Shown in pieces: positions 38,820 to 50,759 of a stretch of DNA of 64,000 nucleotides. The stretch is taken from positions 95,730,001 to 95,794,000 of the forward strand of contig CM059432.1 in the NCBI GenBank assembly GCA_030390025.1. Direction: 5' to 3'. The number at the start of each line of letters is the position of its first letter. The stretch's first letter is position 1. Source of the stretch: Squalus acanthias. Lineage: Eukaryota. Below the pieces are notes generated by a model, which was not told the DNA's origin, searched no databases, and worked only from the letters and a program-made list of their open reading frames with translations. Position numbers and translations under genes: made by a program.

Positions 38820-39185
38820 ACAATTATTATTGTTTCATTTATATAGTGCCTTTAACATAGAAAAATGTCCCACGGCACTTCACTGATGCGTAATCAAAAA
38901 AATTAGACACTGTCACAAAGAAGGAGATATTAGCAAGACAGATCTTAAAGGAGGAGAGGGAGATGGAGAAGTGGAGGGATTTAGGGAGGGAATTTGAGAG
39001 CATGGGGCCTAGGTGACTGAAGGCACAGCTGCCACAAGTAGAAGAAAGGGAGGGGGGATGCCTGAGGTCTGAGTTAGATGTTTTCTTGGAGGGTGGGGAG
39101 GGGGGAAGAGTTGTAGAGGAGGCTACAGAGATAAGAAGGGACGGGGCCATGAAGGGGTTTAAACACGATGGTAATTTTAAACCTG
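38820..39185 (-). mobile_element. Older L2 3' fragment
   Basis: GSCAFSHLGPMLSNSLP and the L2 tail. Confidence 0.7.
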
Positions 39186-40202
39186 ACTGCCTTCTAAATG
39201 TCTATCTGGGTAGAAGATAAATTGATCATAATACTTTACAACTGGGGCACAAGTATCGGCACAGCAATTCAGAAAATCCTTACCTTAGAGCTGCCATTTT
39301 ATATCAGCCTGTTGCTATCAACTACACACGGAACAGCACAAAGTAGCAATGGATACAATCATTGCAATAAATGTTATTTCAGCAGCAAATGTATGGGAGA
39401 CAGAAGGATATTGATCTAGACAACATATGTACCAGAGAAGCTAGAATTGACTCATATTCTCTTAGAATGGAGTTAAGTTGTATGGCACCTGAAATGTTAC
39501 ATCTATTTTTCAAATGGAACTTATATATTTTATTTAGCAATTTTAGCAAAAGGTACCCAATAGCACATTGGATTAGCACCTTGTACTTCCATCTCTGGAA
39601 ATTCAATTTCAATCCAGATTGATTAGTTAAAAGTCTTCTCTCACTGCTACATATAAGGGACATTCAACCTAGGTTGTTAGGGGTGAGGTCCCACAGCATG
39701 AAACCACTCAATTCAACACAACTGGGCACTGTACTGTCAATCTCAATCAGAGCAGCCAGGAAATAGAAAATAGCAAATGGTGCATTAGGTGGTTGTTGTT
39801 TGGATGCTGGAATTAAGGGACATTGTTGGGGAAAAGTGGAAGGAGCTGTGATATATCTGATTTGGGAGTGATTGACTCTGACATCTGATGCCCAAGTGGA
39901 CAAATGTTCCAGTTTACAGCACTAACATCCCTTCCCTTACCAAGAAAAAAAACCACACTTAAATATGAATTTAGGACTCCCTTACAGAGCCACACAGACC
40001 AAGATCTTAGGTTTAATACTTGATTTGTACTGAGTTGGCTGAGGGTGTTGGGCCTGGCTGCAATGTCTGCACATTTACTGTCTAGGTTCACATCAGGGAG
40101 GATATTCTTCAATTCAGTGATGTACTGAAGTTGGCCCGTGCCCATGGATCTGTGCCCCAACATGAGTTAGCGCTTTCAACAGAGGATAGCAGAAAATTGG
40201 GG

Positions 40203-40650
40203 AAAAGAAAGACTTGCATTTATATAGCGCCTTTCATGACCTTAGGATATCTCAAAGTAGTTTACAACCAAAGAAGTACTTTTGAAGTGTATTTATTGTT
40301 GTAATGTTGGAAAAGCGGCAGCCAATTTGCACAGAGCAAGATCCCACAATCAGCAAAGTGATAATGACCAGATAATATGTTTTAGTGATGTTGGTTAAGA
40401 GATACATATTGGGCAGGACACTGGGAAAACTCCTGTGCACTTCGAAATAGTGCCATGGTATCTTTTACGTCCACCTGAGAGAGCAGGCGGGACCTCGGTT
40501 AAACATCTCATCTGAAAGACGGTACCTCCGACAGTGCATCACTCCCTCAGTACTGCACTGGAATATTAGCCTAGATTTTTGTGCTCAAGTTTCTGGAGTG
40601 GGACTTGAACCCACAACCTGTGACTCAGAGGCGAGAGTGCTACCACTGAG
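40203..40650 (-). mobile_element. Near-full-length Deu-domain SINE (SacSINE1-like) in an intron of the host gene
   Basis: tRNA-like head with B box GGTTCAAGTCC, a central Deu-like core, and an L2-like tail gcgctatataaatgcaagtctttcttt. Confidence 0.85.
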
Positions 40651-41125
40651 AAAACTATGAATTTATAAGAAAAACTTGTGAAATTAGTGTCCAATAGTTA
40701 TGCAATTTGGCTTGGCTCTGAATTTTTCTGGACTGACTTTCTTAAGCAGGAATGCCATCTACTCCTGAATTAAGAGATAGCTGCCCTTGATACCCACTTC
40801 CTTCAATGATCTGATACAAGTGTGGTGACAGTCACAAAGGTCATATACTTTAGGTGATATTTACTTGGGTAAAATATATTAATGAAAATATGAGGTTCTA
40901 AAGTAACCTCAAAAATCTATTACCTTGGATATTCATTGACAGATGTCAGCTGACATTCATTGACAGCTTAGCGAGAATCTTTGAATGTTAGGATATCACC
41001 ACATCAGTTGTAAGTCTTAATTTTGCATATCCAAAAGACATTGGAGAGGTCCTTATATGGCATTGTTTTAGAGGACTGCTTACCTTGACCAAATCAAAAA
41101 CTGAAGCTTACTGTGATTAACTTAC

Positions 41126-41294
41126 CTTACCCCTGAATGAGTTAGGGGTCTGAAATTCACGCGAAGATCAGGTGCTCCAGCCTTGGGTCTCCATAATCTC
41201 TCAGCTCTTATCACAGCCATATTATATATATCCGTCAGTTCAGAGAGACTTGTAATGTCATGAGGATAGTTACCATCTGTTCGCGCACTAGAAC
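41126..41294 (-). CDS. Coding exon 2, ends with the first catalytic-His motif THSGVR
   Basis: Acceptor attttgttttgtag and donor AG|gtaagt. 169 nt, open, phase 1 to 2. Confidence 0.88.
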
Positions 41295-41377
41295 CTACAA
41301 AACAAAATCTTAATTCATAACTAATACAAATTATGTATTGCCTTCATCAAAACATATGAAGGACATTAGGAATCAAT

Positions 41378-42270
41378 GGGGGAGAAATTCAGTATCGCCC
41401 CATTTGGGGCGCAATTATCGACCGGGCGCAAAGATTAGCGCCTGGCGCTAATTATCGCCACCGACTGCAAACTTGACTTTTATCGACCCTGGAGATGATT
41501 GGAGCGCTAAATCAGGCGCCTCACACCTGTCTTAAGGCGCAAAGGCCGAGGAGCGAGGTGCTACCTCAGAGCGCTGGCGAAGCTCATGTAATGTCAGTCA
41601 GCAATGGAACAAACACACAATGGCACGGGCCAGTTCTTAAAGGGGATGGTTAATCTTGCTTTCCATCCACATCCTGCTCATTGCAGCCTTGAATCTCGGC
41701 CTGGAGAGACCTGCACATCAAATGTGCTGGAAAGAACAATGGAGAGTATGAGGCAAAGAGCTCAGAGTGCAGCCCCCACAGTCTCTTCTAAATCAATACA
41801 AGGAATGGCAAATCAAAATGAACCTGCAAAGTGCTGCTCAGTACCCAAAACTCCTTCACACAACGTTGAATCTCTCCAGAAATCTCTCTCTCTCTCTCTC
41901 AGAATGCGTAGTTCAAAAATGGCACCAACAATAAAAGGCAGGAAGCGGTCACCTTTAAATAGCGCTCCCCCTGTCCCTTCATGACTGCAGAACGCTCCCC
42001 TCAACCTGTCGTTGCTAGCATCAGGCGGTAAGGCAGGGGGCGCCACTCAATATCCGCTCCGGGGCGATACCGGGGCGTTGCGCACTCGACTGACGTCACG
42101 ATCTGCCGGCGCAGGAGATCGTGGCGGTAGTGTTTAGCGTCGCCGCAAAATGTCTAGTTAATTTCACGAGCGGCGCAAACTTCGCCGCGCCTGGGCGCTA
42201 GATGCTGTGCGCCCCATTAGCGCCCTCTTAAGGCGCTAACGGGAGGCGCAACCAACTGAATTTTTCCCCC
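41378..42270. mobile_element. Harbinger-derived MITE (GGGGGAGAAATT family)
   Basis: TIRs GGGGGAGAAATTCAGT / ACTGAATTTTTCCCCC. Collinear with 54755-55601. Confidence 0.85.
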
Positions 42271-42405
42271 AAAATGTTCTATTGTTTTGATAATAAAAAT
42301 AATTATTTAAAGAAAAGAGAAAATGAGTTAATTCTGAAAGGATTTTCTAACATGTTACTGATATCGGAGTATTACAGGGTATTATACTGATTGTCAGACA
42401 ATGAT

Positions 42406-42898
42406 GGCCCTGAATTTGCTGAAGTGGGGCATATTGTGGCATGTCCCGTTAGACTATTTCCCCTCACCCGACAGCTCGAACATTCTTTGCACCGCAAATT
42501 GCTGGGATCTAAAATTTTTAATTTTAAAAATCTCTAGGAAGGAGACTCCATGGTTTTAATTGTTCCCATTCTGGGCAGGAGAGGTTGAGTGGTATTGCAG
42601 GTATATAAATCTTGTCATTAAAAGAGTCCTTACGCTGTTAAGTACCAGTCCAAACTTTCTGCGGCAAGTTTAATTCATATTTACTGTGAAAATGCAACAA
42701 TTTCTTGAAACTCATGGGGAGGTTGAGAGTGAGTTGCTGTTTTTGTGAGGCGAATGGTGGAGCTAAATCGTCCAGCAATTTGTGGTGATTCACAACTCAT
42801 GGCGTATCTCTTCCTCGCCACAAATTGCTGGACAATTTACACACTAATAACGGTGAGCGCATTAAATTCACTGTTATTTTCCCAGCAAATTCTGGGCT
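42406..42898. mobile_element. Harbinger-like MITE
   Basis: TIRs ggccctgaatttgctg / cagcaaattctgggct with 3-bp flanks gat/gac. Confidence 0.7.
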
Positions 42899-43424
42899 GA
42901 CGTTTCCCTTGTTGAACCACATTTTGCATTATCAGTAATTTATGTAAAAGAAACATTAATGTGTTGTTAGTAGAGAGTGGATAATAAAATGAATTATCTC
43001 AACACATGCTACCAATACAAGTTAAAAAAGCCTGTCAATGATCTGTCAACTAGATTAATTGGGTCGCCCGCCGCTGCCTGTCGGGTCTGCTCAGTGTTGA
43101 CAGTCCTGACATAGGGAAAGGCACGTGGCGGTGGGTTGACAGCGTGGTCCCAACCCGCTGTAAAAAAAATACACTTTCCCACCTGACCTGCCACCGATTG
43201 CGCCCGCTGACTCCCCAGAAAATCCGACCCTACTGTCTCCTACAGGATAGATCTGCTCTTAGGTCTTTCTTACACTAAGGCGAGGCATAGAAACCAGGAA
43301 TGATAGGCTACATTATAAATGATGACTCACTCATGACATTTTAAAACACTGCGGATAATTTTGACTTTGTGCGATAGTGCAAAACGCGTGATACTGAATT
43401 GGCAGCCCAATTTACATATCTCCA

Positions 43425-43945
43425 CATTCTCCACATTCTCCCCACTTTCTGAATAAAGAGGTTTCTCCTGAATTCCTTACTGGATTTATTTGTGACTCTT
43501 TTATATTTATGACCATTAGTTTTGGACTTTCCCACAAGTGGAAACATCTTCTCTAACCCTAACCTATTGAACCCCTGTATTATTTTAAAGACCTCTATCA
43601 AGTCTTCGCTTTTCGAGAGAAAAAGCCCCAGTCTGTTCAGTCTTTTCTGATAGTTGTACCCTCTGAGTTCTGGTATCATCTTTGTAAATCTTTATTGTAC
43701 ATTCTCCAGTGCTTCTATATCCTTTTTGTAATATTGAGACCAGAACTGTGCATAGTACTCTAAGTGTGTTCTAACTAAGGTTCCAGATAAGTTAAGAATA
43801 ACCTCTCTCCTTTTGAATTCTATTCCTCTAGAAATGAATCCCAGTTTGCACTTTTTATGGCTTTGTTAACCTGTGTTGTTACTTTTAATGATTTGTGTAT
43901 CTGTACCCCTAGATTCTTTGTGCCTCTACCCCATTTAGACTCTTA
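43425..43945 (-). mobile_element. CR1 LINE fragment
   Basis: MIPELRGYNY..RLNRLGLF..DLIEVFKI. Confidence 0.8.
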
Positions 43946-44604
43946 GGGGGTGAAATTGGGTGCCTTTGCACCTCCCGTTAGCGTTAGCTTTGCGACCGGG
44001 CACGGCACTGACATCGACTCCCGCCATATTTGGCGGGAGTTTTGCAGCATTCCTTTGGTGTTGTGCTCCGATCTCCTTTGCCCGGAGATCGTGACGTCAT
44101 CGCTGTGCACATCGCCCCAGTAGCGCCCCAGACCCGAAATTGACTTCCCCCCCCCCCCCTGCAGCAGCGCCAGTTGAAAACACCGACAGCTGCAGGAGGT
44201 GTGCATCGGGCAGCCGGCCGCTTCGGGGGGGGGTGATGATTAAAGGCGAGGTGGCCAAGGTAAGTGTAAAAAAAACTTATCTTTCTTATTCTAGTTTTTC
44301 TCGTGGGTTCCTGCTCGCAATCGATCAGCCTGACACTCTACTTGAGTGCCGGGCTGATCGCGCGGGATCGCGGCTGCATTCGTGGTCCAGGTAGGTACTT
44401 TTTAAATTGCAGAGCCTGCAGCGATGGCCCTTCCCTTTAAGGGAGGGAAGGAGTCTTTGAATGCGGCAGTGCTGCACGGCCCAGTGTGCAGCGCTGCTGA
44501 ACTCTCCGCCCCGCTCTCCGACGTTAGCGCCCCAAGAAGGAAGTGGAGCGCTTGATTTAACACTCCACTTCCCTCTTGGGGCGCTAAAACTCAATTTTGT
44601 GGTC
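43946..44604. mobile_element. GC-rich Harbinger-like MITE
   Basis: Left end GGGGGTGAAATTGGGT after TTA. It contains gcgctaa subterminal motifs shared with the 41378 family. Confidence 0.65.
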
Positions 44605-45289
44605 GCCAGCGCTAAATAGCTGTTTATACATGTTTATATTTTTTGAACATATTTATAATTTTGACAGAAAAAATGTTGTTGATTGAGTTTTTGTGATTTC
44701 AGGGATTGTCAGATTCAAACTATACATACTTTGATCGTCTGGAACATTATTCTATGAAATGGTCCTAAATGTGCACAGATTTCATAACTGTGAAAGAGTG
44801 CAATCTAATGTTTGCTCAATCAGGCTGCCAAGTATAAGGTAAAGTGAACAAGATGGTTATGCTACGCATCAGAAAATTCTGCTTAAATGCTGCAGGCACA
44901 CAAAAAAATAGTGCAACTGAAAAAAGGTGCTTGGGAGAAAGATCTTAGTTTCTGAAAATCAATCCCCTATCAATGACTTTGGCAAGCAATCATTTTTATT
45001 TTTAGGAGCAACTTTGCAAATTAGATTGGAATTCAGTAGCATGTGGCCTATTCATACTGTCTGCACGAGTCAGGATTTTCAAAGTTTAATTATCGACAGG
45101 AGAGAATTTCCAAGAGGTTGTCCCACTCTTCTGACAGAACTTTGGTGGAAACCTTGCAGAAACGGTATTAGTGGCTCTTTATTTCTGGGGGCTTCCAACG
45201 ATCTTCCACCAAAGTTATGGCAGTAGATCAGAAGAACCAGTCACGGATGTTTCAGGCATACCTCTTTTTCTTTGGCACCCTATTTAAGT

Positions 45290-45720
45290 AACATTAGAAT
45301 TGTGCAGTAACTAGGTAAAGTCAAGTTGGGGTTTAAAAGCGTGAAGATTGTATGAGGAAAAAAATTATGAGGTAGGCAAGGAGTTGAATCGTATTGAGGT
45401 CCTGGGAAAAATGAGAATAAGCGGCTCTACACTGAGTCTTAATTCAAAAACAGCGAGATGGTTGGGAGTATTTGGAGCTGTGAAGGAACAAGAAAGCCAA
45501 GGTCACAGGAACAATAGAAGTTGTGAGCACTGAGCGTGTGTGATTTTTAAGGAAGCTGACAAATGTTGAATGGAATCATCAGCAAGAGTGTAGTAAGATT
45601 GGATGATGAGTGGAGAAGGTCACTGATATGAAGAAGGGACAGAGTGGAAGAGATAGCAGATACCTGGGCAATGTGTAGATTAATGGAAAAAGAATGAGAG
45701 GATGAGCCATGAATTATAGC
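45290..45720 (-). mobile_element. Highly decayed LINE RT fragment
   Basis: The minus strand gives a degenerate PQGS..L.LLHISDL...ADDS. Confidence 0.5.
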
Positions 45721-46040
45721 ACAAATGGAATGATTTCAGAGAAAATCTGATAGCTGGCGTCGAAGGCCATTTGATGGTAATAAGCACAAAGTCCCAGAGC
45801 GTGGAATTTCAAAACCAAACTGATCAAAGTTGAATGCAACACAAGTGCATGTAACATAAGTGTACTGGAAAGCTGGAAGAAATATTTACAATATGGTGAA
45901 TGCTTCATCTGATTGTCTGAGCCAAGGAAATAAACATTTGAAACAGCAATTTTTATAAATTTTGTCAACAAAATCTTTCACTTCAATTTAAAAAATGAGG
46001 TAGATTGTGAAATCCCAACAGTGCAGCACTGAGGCCACAA

Positions 46041-46222
46041 GGGTACGTTTACTTTTGGCGATAGTGCATAACGGCTGATATCGGATCAGCCACCCGTTAT
46101 ACATCTCACCCAATTTTAATTTCTATTGACATCAATGGAAACAAAAATCGGGAGAGATGTATAACGGGCGGCCAATCCAATATTGACTGTTTTACACTAT
46201 CGGCAAATATCAAAATGACCTC
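46041..46222. mobile_element. Fold-back palindromic MITE
   Basis: The arms are reverse complements around ctattgacatcaatgg. Related copies lie at 52519-52688 and (half copy) ~43351-43425. Confidence 0.75.
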
Positions 46223-46918
46223 GGTATTTCTGAAGCATTGGGTTGGCTTCCACCTCAACGAGCTGACGTTGCTCCACAATGCACGGTCAGCTCATTATAC
46301 TAAAAGTTTACCCCCAGCTCGTAGTGCATGGCATGTTGGGACTTTGAGTGCCAGCAGCCCCAAAGTGGCTCCTAATCTTTGAAGAATCATTTTGGAGTTG
46401 GGAAGGAGGCCAGCACCCACTGCCTGAGTTAAATCAGCCTCCTGAGGCTCAATGCTCAAATAAAGGGTAGCTAGATAGTCCGAATACAAAGTTAGAGTCA
46501 AAAAAATGTTTAAACTGGCTTCTCCTTCAGAGCCAATTGTTAACAGGTGCTGAACTACTGGAACATTGATCAGGCGCTCCAGTTGTGTTAAGGGCAGCAG
46601 TTGTAATTTATGGTAGTTCTGCAGCTTTAATGAGCCTCGCGCACTGTTAATATGAAAGCTCCCAGCATGTTACACACTGGCCAGTCGTGCTTTGACATGG
46701 TAGGCATGTTGGACACAGAGTTAGCCTTTGGGTACAAACTAGGCCTCAGGGCTCTGTGCCCAATAATATCGGGAGCTTGTGTCTAATGTGCTTCAGCACA
46801 ATGGGCGTTGGCCATCGTATTGTCAGTCGCAGAGGATGTTGAAAACTTTACAATAGTTTAATTAGTCAAAAGATCTAGAGTTCCAATAAATAAAATACCT
46901 AAATATTTAAATACTCAC

Positions 46919-46973
46919 GAGGGGCTGCAGTAACAGCACTGAAGCAAAATGCAACAAGGATCACCAGGAACAT
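46919..46973 (-). CDS. Coding exon 1: signal peptide MFLVILVAFCFSAVTAAP
   Basis: accATG start, hydrophobic 18-codon stretch ending in small residues, and donor C|gtgagt (phase 1). An upstream acceptor tgttttctgcccatcag at 46994 defines a 20-nt UTR portion. Confidence 0.8.
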
Positions 46974-47300
46974 GGTCCTCCCACTGTAAGTGCCTGATGG
47001 GCAGAAAACACAGTTAAACAAAGGCACAACTTTTATTTTAAGTTAAAAATGTAACAAACCAAATTGTTTGAAGTATGACCAGATTTGTCATTTTGTTTTG
47101 TATTCAATTGACTAAGTTTTTCACTTAAGTACAATTTTTTTCAGCAAAATTGCATATGTATAAATTAACATTTCCCTCCATTTTTAGTTGTAATATAAAA
47201 TTAGAGAGACATATGCTGTATGATTTAGCTCTCAAGTTGATCCAAGACTCATTATCATGGCCCTATTATTTCTGTATATTTCTCTAATTTGTCAACTTAC

Positions 47301-47410
47301 CCGAGGATGATGAGACAGAGTCTGTATTTCTGTGCTGATCCTTTGCTCTTTGCCTCTGATCTCCCGATTCTCTGTGTTACAGCACAGATTGTAGGAGTGA
47401 CTGTCCTAAC
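47301..47410 (-). other. Candidate 5' UTR exon of the NlpC/P60-like gene
   Basis: Acceptor ttctcttgtttacatag and strong donor CGG|gtaagt, ~300 nt upstream of the ATG exon acceptor. Confidence 0.5.
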
Positions 47411-47799
47411 CTATGTAAACAAGAGAAACTGTGGGGATATGTTGATAAGAAACTCTGTTGTAATAAAAGTAATAGATTAACAAAACCTTTCAAAATTAGT
47501 TTGATACATGGATACTGTTAATGCGAGAAAATCCAATATATTTTGCATTCTGATTTGGCTAGTATGTTTGTTTTATTTATATAGATAGATTTTGGGGTTG
47601 AGTGCTACATTAATTGGCAATGTTAAGTAAGGCCTACTAAGGAGTTTGGAATTTTAGCAGCAATATGGAAGAGAGGAATGGTTTACCTATGGTTTAATTC
47701 AAATTCTGCTTTAGTGAGATAAGGATAGCCCAAATCAGGTCGAAGTGAACTTCTAGAGCCTGAGTTGTCACGATGAATGAGTTCATCTTCAAATGGCAT

Positions 47800-48745
47800 A
47801 TCCTACCAACTGCACCATTAGCCTCATCCACTGCTCAATTCACTACAACCCCCATCACCTACCTACCAACAACCTCTATCAATCAGTACTCAACCCTAAA
47901 ATTGATATACTTTACCTCACCCTCACACACTTAGCACTGTCGCAAGCCTTGCACCCATAACTCACAGCTCACACACACTGGAAGCTATTCAATCATGACA
48001 GTCACATCACCCAAACATATTGCAGGTCACTCACTGACACACTTCCCTCTTTCTTGCAGCAAAAGGTGACACATAACAACAGGCAGCAGGAAAGAACTGG
48101 AGGAGGACAAGCGCGCCTGCAGGTATTAACCCCCATGGAGGAGACAATGCTGGCCATCATGGGAAGGGGCATCAATGAGGCCGTGGCCACTGGCGGGGCT
48201 GGAGAGATCGATGATGAGGGTAGCTGCATACCTAATCCTTCTTCTCTCATCCCACTTCTCCTTCATCCCACAATCTCTTCTGACTCACAAGCTGCAGATG
48301 GTGTAAGCATGCACTTCTTACATTCTCCTCTCTCCTCAACACAACTCAACACTTGTCCCTTTTTTATTTCAGATGCTCAAGAACTGGAACCTTCCCAGTC
48401 AGAGGAGGAAGAGGAAGAAGATAGTGAAGATGAAGAGACACCGTCATTTGATCTTACACTTGTAGCCACCAGCTCAAAGACTGACACTGCGCATATTTTA
48501 GAGGCTAGGATAGAGGAGGGCAGCAGAAGCATTGCTTGAGGAAGCCAATGGTGTCCTCTATAATGTCCCTGTGGCAGCATAGCTCTCATTGTAGGGCTGC
48601 TGTGCACATATGCATGGGTTCTGAACCGGAGTCATGAGCACAAACTCCCGTCGGAAGTGTGTGCTTGCATCTCGAACCCCATTTGAGGATTACAAGGCCG
48701 CATAGAACCTAAACAACGGGTGCTGCACAGCCCAATTTCTCCCCC
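47800..48745 (+). mobile_element. Harbinger element remnant with spliced Myb/SANT-like DNA-binding protein exons
   Basis: Exon 48060-48219 (KVTHNNRQQERTGGG..LTPMEETMLAIMG) and an acidic exon from 48373, both with GT-AG sites. Right TIR gcccaatttctccccc. Confidence 0.75.
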
Positions 48746-49724
48746 ATTGCCTTTTACTGGAAGCAGCTTTTAACATTTTGTGATAAACCTTTATTGAAGT
48801 TAATGCTGTTAAAACTAAACCAAAATTGGAGAACAAGTCAAACAAGTTGGCTTTACACCAAAATGACAAAGGCCATATTTTCTTCTGTTTGATAATTTTA
48901 TGAAGTAGACATTAATAAAAGTAATATACTGTTGGCAGAAAGTAGCAATAAACGATTCACTGCTCTGAGGGTTTCTGGCACATTTGTGGATTTGCCTCCT
49001 GTGCTCCATGAATATCACCATGCAGGTTGTGCAAGTGCCCGACTATTAAGTTGTCACCTAGGCGAAGAGGTGGCACCGGTGGATGACTGCATGCTCGAAA
49101 TCGGTTTAATGAAGCAGTGGGATTACTCGAAATGCCACTGTTGTCTCTGTGGCCTCTGTAATTGAGGACACCCAGTGTAGATGTCTTGAGTGTTGTTATG
49201 TGGTCATCAGCAAACTGCAGTGCAAACATCTCCCCATAACATCATTCAAATAGCAGTATGAAAGCAGAGCAATAGAACAGGGCATCACAACGTTTCCTAC
49301 ATTACAACAGTGACTACACTTCAAAAGTACTTCATTGGCTATAAAGCGCTTTGGGACCTCCTGAGGTCGTGAAAGGCATTACATAAATGTAAGTCTTTCT
49401 TTCTTTCAATAGGGTTAGTTTCGGATTGCTCCAACAAAGAGCCAGCACAGATACAATAGGCTTAATGGTCGCCTTTGGTGTTATAATCTTCTATGGTTCC
49501 TCAATGATATTCTTGTGGTGCAGCAGCCTCCATGTGATAGCCCCCATCTTGTTCCAGCTGCTCCATGGGAAACTATGAGGTCTTGCAATTGCTCCCTCAT
49601 GCAAGTGAATTGAAGGTGATTCTCAGGTTCGGTACAAGGTGAATGTTGACAGGACTCTTCTTTTCAGGGTGGGGCAGGACTTCCGAGAATCCCTCTGGAT
49701 CTGCCCCAACCCAACCCATTTTCC

Positions 49725-49902
49725 TGATTGCCTTTCAAAAGGGAATTGGATAAGTACCTGAAGGAAAAAAAAATGTAGGGCTACAGGGAAAGGGTGGGGG
49801 AGTGGGACGAGCTGAGGTCCTCTTGCAGAGAGCCGGCATGGGCTCGACGGGCCGAATGGCCGTCTTCTGTGCTGTAACCATTCTATGATTCTATGATTCT
49901 AT
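49725..49902 (+). mobile_element. CR1 3' terminus with (ATTCTATG)n tail
   Basis: AFQKGIG-like end, gggccgaatggcc stem-loop and octamer repeats. Confidence 0.85.
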
Positions 49903-50759
49903 AATTTGGGGTTTATCCCGTATGTATGTTTGAATCCTAGTGGGACTCCTGTTGCTGAGAGGGAGTCTGTGAGGGCAAGGGTGGAAAATCCTTGCTGCAG
50001 CACCAGAAGAGGTGGCAAGGGATCTTATAGGGCCAGAAGCACCCAAAAAAGACATCAAGGCTCCCAATGAAGGCTTCAACTGAAACAGGTAAGTGCTGGG
50101 CCCGACTTGGATGGAGTATAGGCCACAACAGGGTCCACTCCTGCACAGGACTTTTACCACTACTTCCCAAAGCATGGTGGCCCTGTGAAATGGCAGTAAG
50201 ACGGGCGGCCAGGAGGGAATTCTTTGGGAACCCAGACTCTGCTCCCCCATCTCTATTTGCATGTGGAGAACAGGGAATGAGTGGCTAGCAGTGATCCTGG
50301 AGGGGAAGTGGAGAGAAATCCCAGTTGGGGTATTGAGGCGGTGTTGGGCCTAGCCATCTGCACTTTCCCTCATTCTCCACCGTGATCCCAACCAATGTTG
50401 GCTGGGATTGCGGAAGAGAATCCCAGCCTGCATCTCCTTACTCTGTGAAGACAGCAGAAGATCCATTTATAAATAAATAAGCACACTTATCTATTTGGGT
50501 ACAACATTATTAATATTATTACAGACACCATTATGTGCTTATGCACAATCACTGTGTGTAGACACAGTAAAGGAACATATTGTGCTAATCATTAAATATC
50601 TGCATACATACTACAACTTTTTTGCTCTCCTATAATCTCTGAAAACTCCATATTTTACGAATTCTTCACAAATAATTCAAACATTCTTTCATCATATGTT
50701 GTGAATACTCTCTTCTTATATGGTCCATCACATTGTTACATTTTTGGGTGTTTTACTCT

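Larger units (their letters stand above)
36076..46993 (-). pseudogene. Multi-exon gene (or very recent pseudogene) for a secreted permuted papain-like NlpC/P60 (LRAT/PPPDE-like) protein, ~152 aa when the frameshift is corrected
   Basis: Four exons with GT-AG sites and matching phases (1,2,0) splice to MFLVILVAFCFSAVTAAP-R-SSARTDGNYPHDITSLSELTDIYNMAVIRAERLWRPKAGAPDLRVNFRPLTHSGV-R-VTTDDGHQWLIHKGNDCGLSSQTVVVDATHMSDRWR-MVEDRPVEGHTVGDFVRAGGEDYRLLG(fs)NNCHHAATSMMNCD*. It carries the motifs HSGV, IHK and YxLLxNNCH. One base is missing at ~36121. Confidence 0.85.

Noticed and set aside
40590..40650. tRNA-like sequence
   Set aside because: It is a SINE head with A/B boxes, has no complete cloverleaf, and is fused to the SINE body.
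48957..49229. 90-aa minus-strand ORF containing FADD
   Set aside because: No other RT motifs, splice support or recognisable homology were found, so it cannot be supported.
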